A stretch of DNA of 30,382 nucleotides, taken from the IMG/VR virus record IMGVR_UViG_3300017766_002142, positions 1 to 30,382 of that record. One strand, 5' to 3'. This stretch comes from a virus (lineage: Duplodnaviria > Caudoviricetes). Below the pieces are notes generated by a model that saw only the letters and a list, made by a program, of their open reading frames with translations, was not told the DNA's origin and did no database searches. This document shows, piece after piece, positions 27,978 through 30,382 of the stretch; the stretch's first letter is position 1, and the number at the start of each line of letters is the position of its first letter. A program made the position numbers and the translations under genes.

Positions 27978-30382
27978 ATGGCTAACGCAAATATCGACAT
28001 TGTTACAGTCACAAATACTTTTAATGAGTGGCGCACTCGATCAAACGATCTGATTACAGATCGAAATATCCTCCGCAATTCAAATTACGTTAAAGATAAT
28101 GGCGATTTTATCGTATATAATGGTGCGGTTGCTATTAATAGAGGAACTGGAGGCGTTGTTTTAACTATTGGCGACGGTGCTGATGCTCTTATAACTGGAA
28201 CCACAACAACAACTGATCTTATTGTTGGCGATGATGCGCAAGTTGGCGACCAATTAACTGTTGGTGGCAATGCTATTCTTCAGGCTAATCTATCTGTTTC
28301 TAGAAATAGTGTATTCTCGCAAACAGTTAATGTTAGCGGCACACTAAATGTTAATTCTATGATCTATGCATACAACACCAATGGAGAATTCCACGTTGTA
28401 TCAGGAAATACGATTTTAAGTTCAAATCTTTCAGTAGGTAATAGCGCATTTATAACGAAAGAACTTACAGTTTCTGGAAACACCACGCTACAATCAAATA
28501 CAGCAATATCTAAGAATTTAACAGTCACTCAAAACGCAACTATTAGCGGAACAGGCGCAATTACTGGCGATTTTGCTGTTAACACAAACAAATTTAACGT
28601 TGTTGCTTCTAGCGGCGATACAACAGTTGGTGGTGATCTTACTGTTTCTGGTGGGGATATTATCTCAACAGCAACTGCTAATTTGTTAAACACTACGACA
28701 ACAACACTCAATCTTGGTGGCGCTGCAACCACAGTAGAAATTGGTGCTGCATCTGGAACTACAAATATCAACAATAATCTTGATGTTGATGGAGATGTGA
28801 ATATTGATGGTGGAGATATTACTACCTCCACAACAACAATGAATGTGTTTAATGGCACTGCAACAACTGTTAATTTTGCTGGTGCTGCTACAACACTAGA
28901 AATTGGTGCAGCAACTGGTACAACTAATATCAATAATAATTTGGATGTTGATGGTGATATCAACGTTGATGGTGGAGACATTACAACCTCTACTACAACG
29001 ATGAATGTTGTGAACGATACAGCAACCACGGTAAATTTTGCTGGTGCTGCTACTACACTTAATATGGGTGCAGCTGCTGGAACCACTACAATTGCTGGAG
29101 ACCTTGCGGTTTCTGGTGGTGACATTACCTCAACTGCAACTGCAAATATTGCAAATACATCAACAGTAGTAAATCTTGGTGGAACCGCAACAACAGTTCG
29201 TGTTGGATCTACTACTGGAACAACAATCACAAGAAATGATTTGAGTGTTACTGGCTCAGGAACTGTAGGTGGGACATTAACAGCTGTTGGAAATACAATA
29301 CTTTCTTCTAATCTTTCAGTTTCTAGAAACGTAACAGTTGGACAAAATGCTACAGTCACTGGAACACTAACCGTCGGTGGCGTTTCAACTCTAGGAACTC
29401 TTGCGGTTACTGGCACTGCAACCATCACTGGCAACACAAACATATCATCTAATGTTAATGTTACTCAAAACGCATATATCAGCGGAACAGCAAATGTCGC
29501 TGGCGAATTAACAGCATCAAATATTAATTTAAGCACTTCTCAAACTCGTTGGATTCGAAATGGTGATGCTAATTTTGGTGACGTTACAATTAATGGCACC
29601 CTTGTTACCGTTGCGCCTCTTGTCTCCTCATTCGATAGAATTACATTAAGAAGTGGCGCCGTAGCAGGAGACGGTCATTATAGCGTTGATAGAGGCGCTG
29701 CTGCCACTGGAAACGCAACTCTTCGTTGGTATGAGGCTGGTGCAGCATGGCAAGCAACTTCAAATGACGCTAATCCTGCTCTATATAGCAATTTACTAGT
29801 AGCAGCAGATTTGTCTTCATCTGTTACTAGCACATCAACATCAAATTCAGCAACTTCGCTAGCAGTAAAAACTGCATTTGATAGTGCTGTTGCTGCAGCC
29901 AATACAGCAGCTGTTTCTGCTAATAGTGGAACATTACTTAATGGTGTCAAATTAAACTTTATTAATACAGCCTCGATGAATGTTAGTGTCGGTGGTGGTT
30001 TAAGTGGTTTTGCTAATATATCATTCAGCGCTAATAACTCTAATCCACAATTACTTGGACCACAAGGTGTTCAAGGAACTCAAGGTATTCAAGGTATTCA
30101 AGGTGTTCAAGGAACTCAAGGTATTCAAGGTATTCAAGGTGTTCAAGGAACTCAAGGAATTCAAGGAACGCTAGGATCTCAAGGATCAACAGGCGCCAGC
30201 GTTCAAGGATCAACAGGATCTCAAGGATCAGCAGGTGCTAGTGTTCAAGGATCAGCAGGTGCTAGTGTTCAAGGATCAACAGGCGCCAGCGTTCAAGGAT
30301 CAGCAGGTGCTAGTGTTCAAGGATCAGCAGGTGCTAGTGTTCAAGGATCAACAGGCGCCAGCGTTCAAGGATCAACAGGATC
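27978..30382 (+). CDS. Tail fibre/collagen-like structural protein, 3'-truncated (absent from the ORF track)
   Basis: Manually translated with no stop to the window end; AGAGGA RBS. N-terminus MANANIDIVTVTNTFNEWRTRSN, beta-strand repeats, fibre-repeat-like LSSSVTSTSTSNSATSLAVKTAFD, then G-X-Q triplets. Confidence 0.9.
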   Translation, partial: MANANIDIVTVTNTFNEWRTRSNDLITDRNILRNSNYVKDNGDFIVYNGAVAINRGTGGVVLTIGDGADALITGTTTTTDLIVGDDAQVGDQLTVGGNAILQANLSVSRNSVFSQTVNVSGTLNVNSMIYAYNTNGEFHVVSGNTILSSNLSVGNSAFITKELTVSGNTTLQSNTAISKNLTVTQNATISGTGAITGDFAVNTNKFNVVASSGDTTVGGDLTVSGGDIISTATANLLNTTTTTLNLGGAATTVEIGAASGTTNINNNLDVDGDVNIDGGDITTSTTTMNVFNGTATTVNFAGAATTLEIGAATGTTNINNNLDVDGDINVDGGDITTSTTTMNVVNDTATTVNFAGAATTLNMGAAAGTTTIAGDLAVSGGDITSTATANIANTSTVVNLGGTATTVRVGSTTGTTITRNDLSVTGSGTVGGTLTAVGNTILSSNLSVSRNVTVGQNATVTGTLTVGGVSTLGTLAVTGTATITGNTNISSNVNVTQNAYISGTANVAGELTASNINLSTSQTRWIRNGDANFGDVTINGTLVTVAPLVSSFDRITLRSGAVAGDGHYSVDRGAAATGNATLRWYEAGAAWQATSNDANPALYSNLLVAADLSSSVTSTSTSNSATSLAVKTAFDSAVAAANTAAVSANSGTLLNGVKLNFINTASMNVSVGGGLSGFANISFSANNSNPQLLGPQGVQGTQGIQGIQGVQGTQGIQGIQGVQGTQGIQGTLGSQGSTGASVQGSTGSQGSAGASVQGSAGASVQGSTGASVQGSAGASVQGSAGASVQGSTGASVQGSTG
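28650..29223 (+). repeat. Four degenerate intragenic repeats of about 48-54 aa (GGDI...N..GAATT..IGA..GTT)
   Basis: Units start at 28650, 28809, 28971 and 29115. Confidence 0.85.
30057..30382 (+). repeat. Collagen-like coding tandem repeat: 9/36-nt units followed by 24/72-nt units
   Basis: 15 consecutive G-X-Y triplets (30057-30191), then QGSAGASV and QGSTGASV octapeptide units running to the window end. Confidence 0.95.

Noticed and set aside
28529-29443. 304-aa minus-strand ORF (also 28085-28270 and 29678-29950)
   Set aside because: Antisense shadows of the Thr/Gly/Ala-rich plus-strand fibre gene.
30057-30382. Tandem repeats as a CRISPR array
   Set aside because: No unique spacers; unit lengths are multiples of 3 and lie in frame within a coding sequence.
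1-30382. Stop-codon reassignment, introns/inteins, homing endonucleases, tRNAs, DGR
   Set aside because: Genes are full length in the standard code and tightly packed. I saw no intein, HNH/GIY-YIG, reverse transcriptase, cloverleaf or adenine-variable repeat pair by eye.

Overview
AT-rich segment of a T4-like myovirus genome (cyanophage/environmental-type gene order) covering the baseplate/tail module. It opens with a 5'-truncated gp32 SSB and its cUUCGg terminator. A convergent minus-strand late operon follows: gp4, gp2, gp54-like, gp26-like, gp51-like, and an 846-aa tape-measure-like protein with an RNNNPGNL hydrolase-like domain. A long plus-strand operon then runs gp48, gp53, gp27-like hub, lysozyme-less gp5, two unknown ORFs, gp25, gp6, gp7, gp8, a VrlC/DUF4815-like protein split in two, a small coiled-coil protein, and a 3'-truncated fibre gene (missing from the ORF track) ending in collagen-like repeats. 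The top finding is a candidate programmed -1 frameshift (U UUU UUU, 8-nt spacer, 11-bp hairpin) fusing the gp26-like and gp51-like ORFs directly upstream of the tape-measure gene, like the lambda G/GT tail chaperone system. All family calls come from motif recognition and synteny; no database searches were run.
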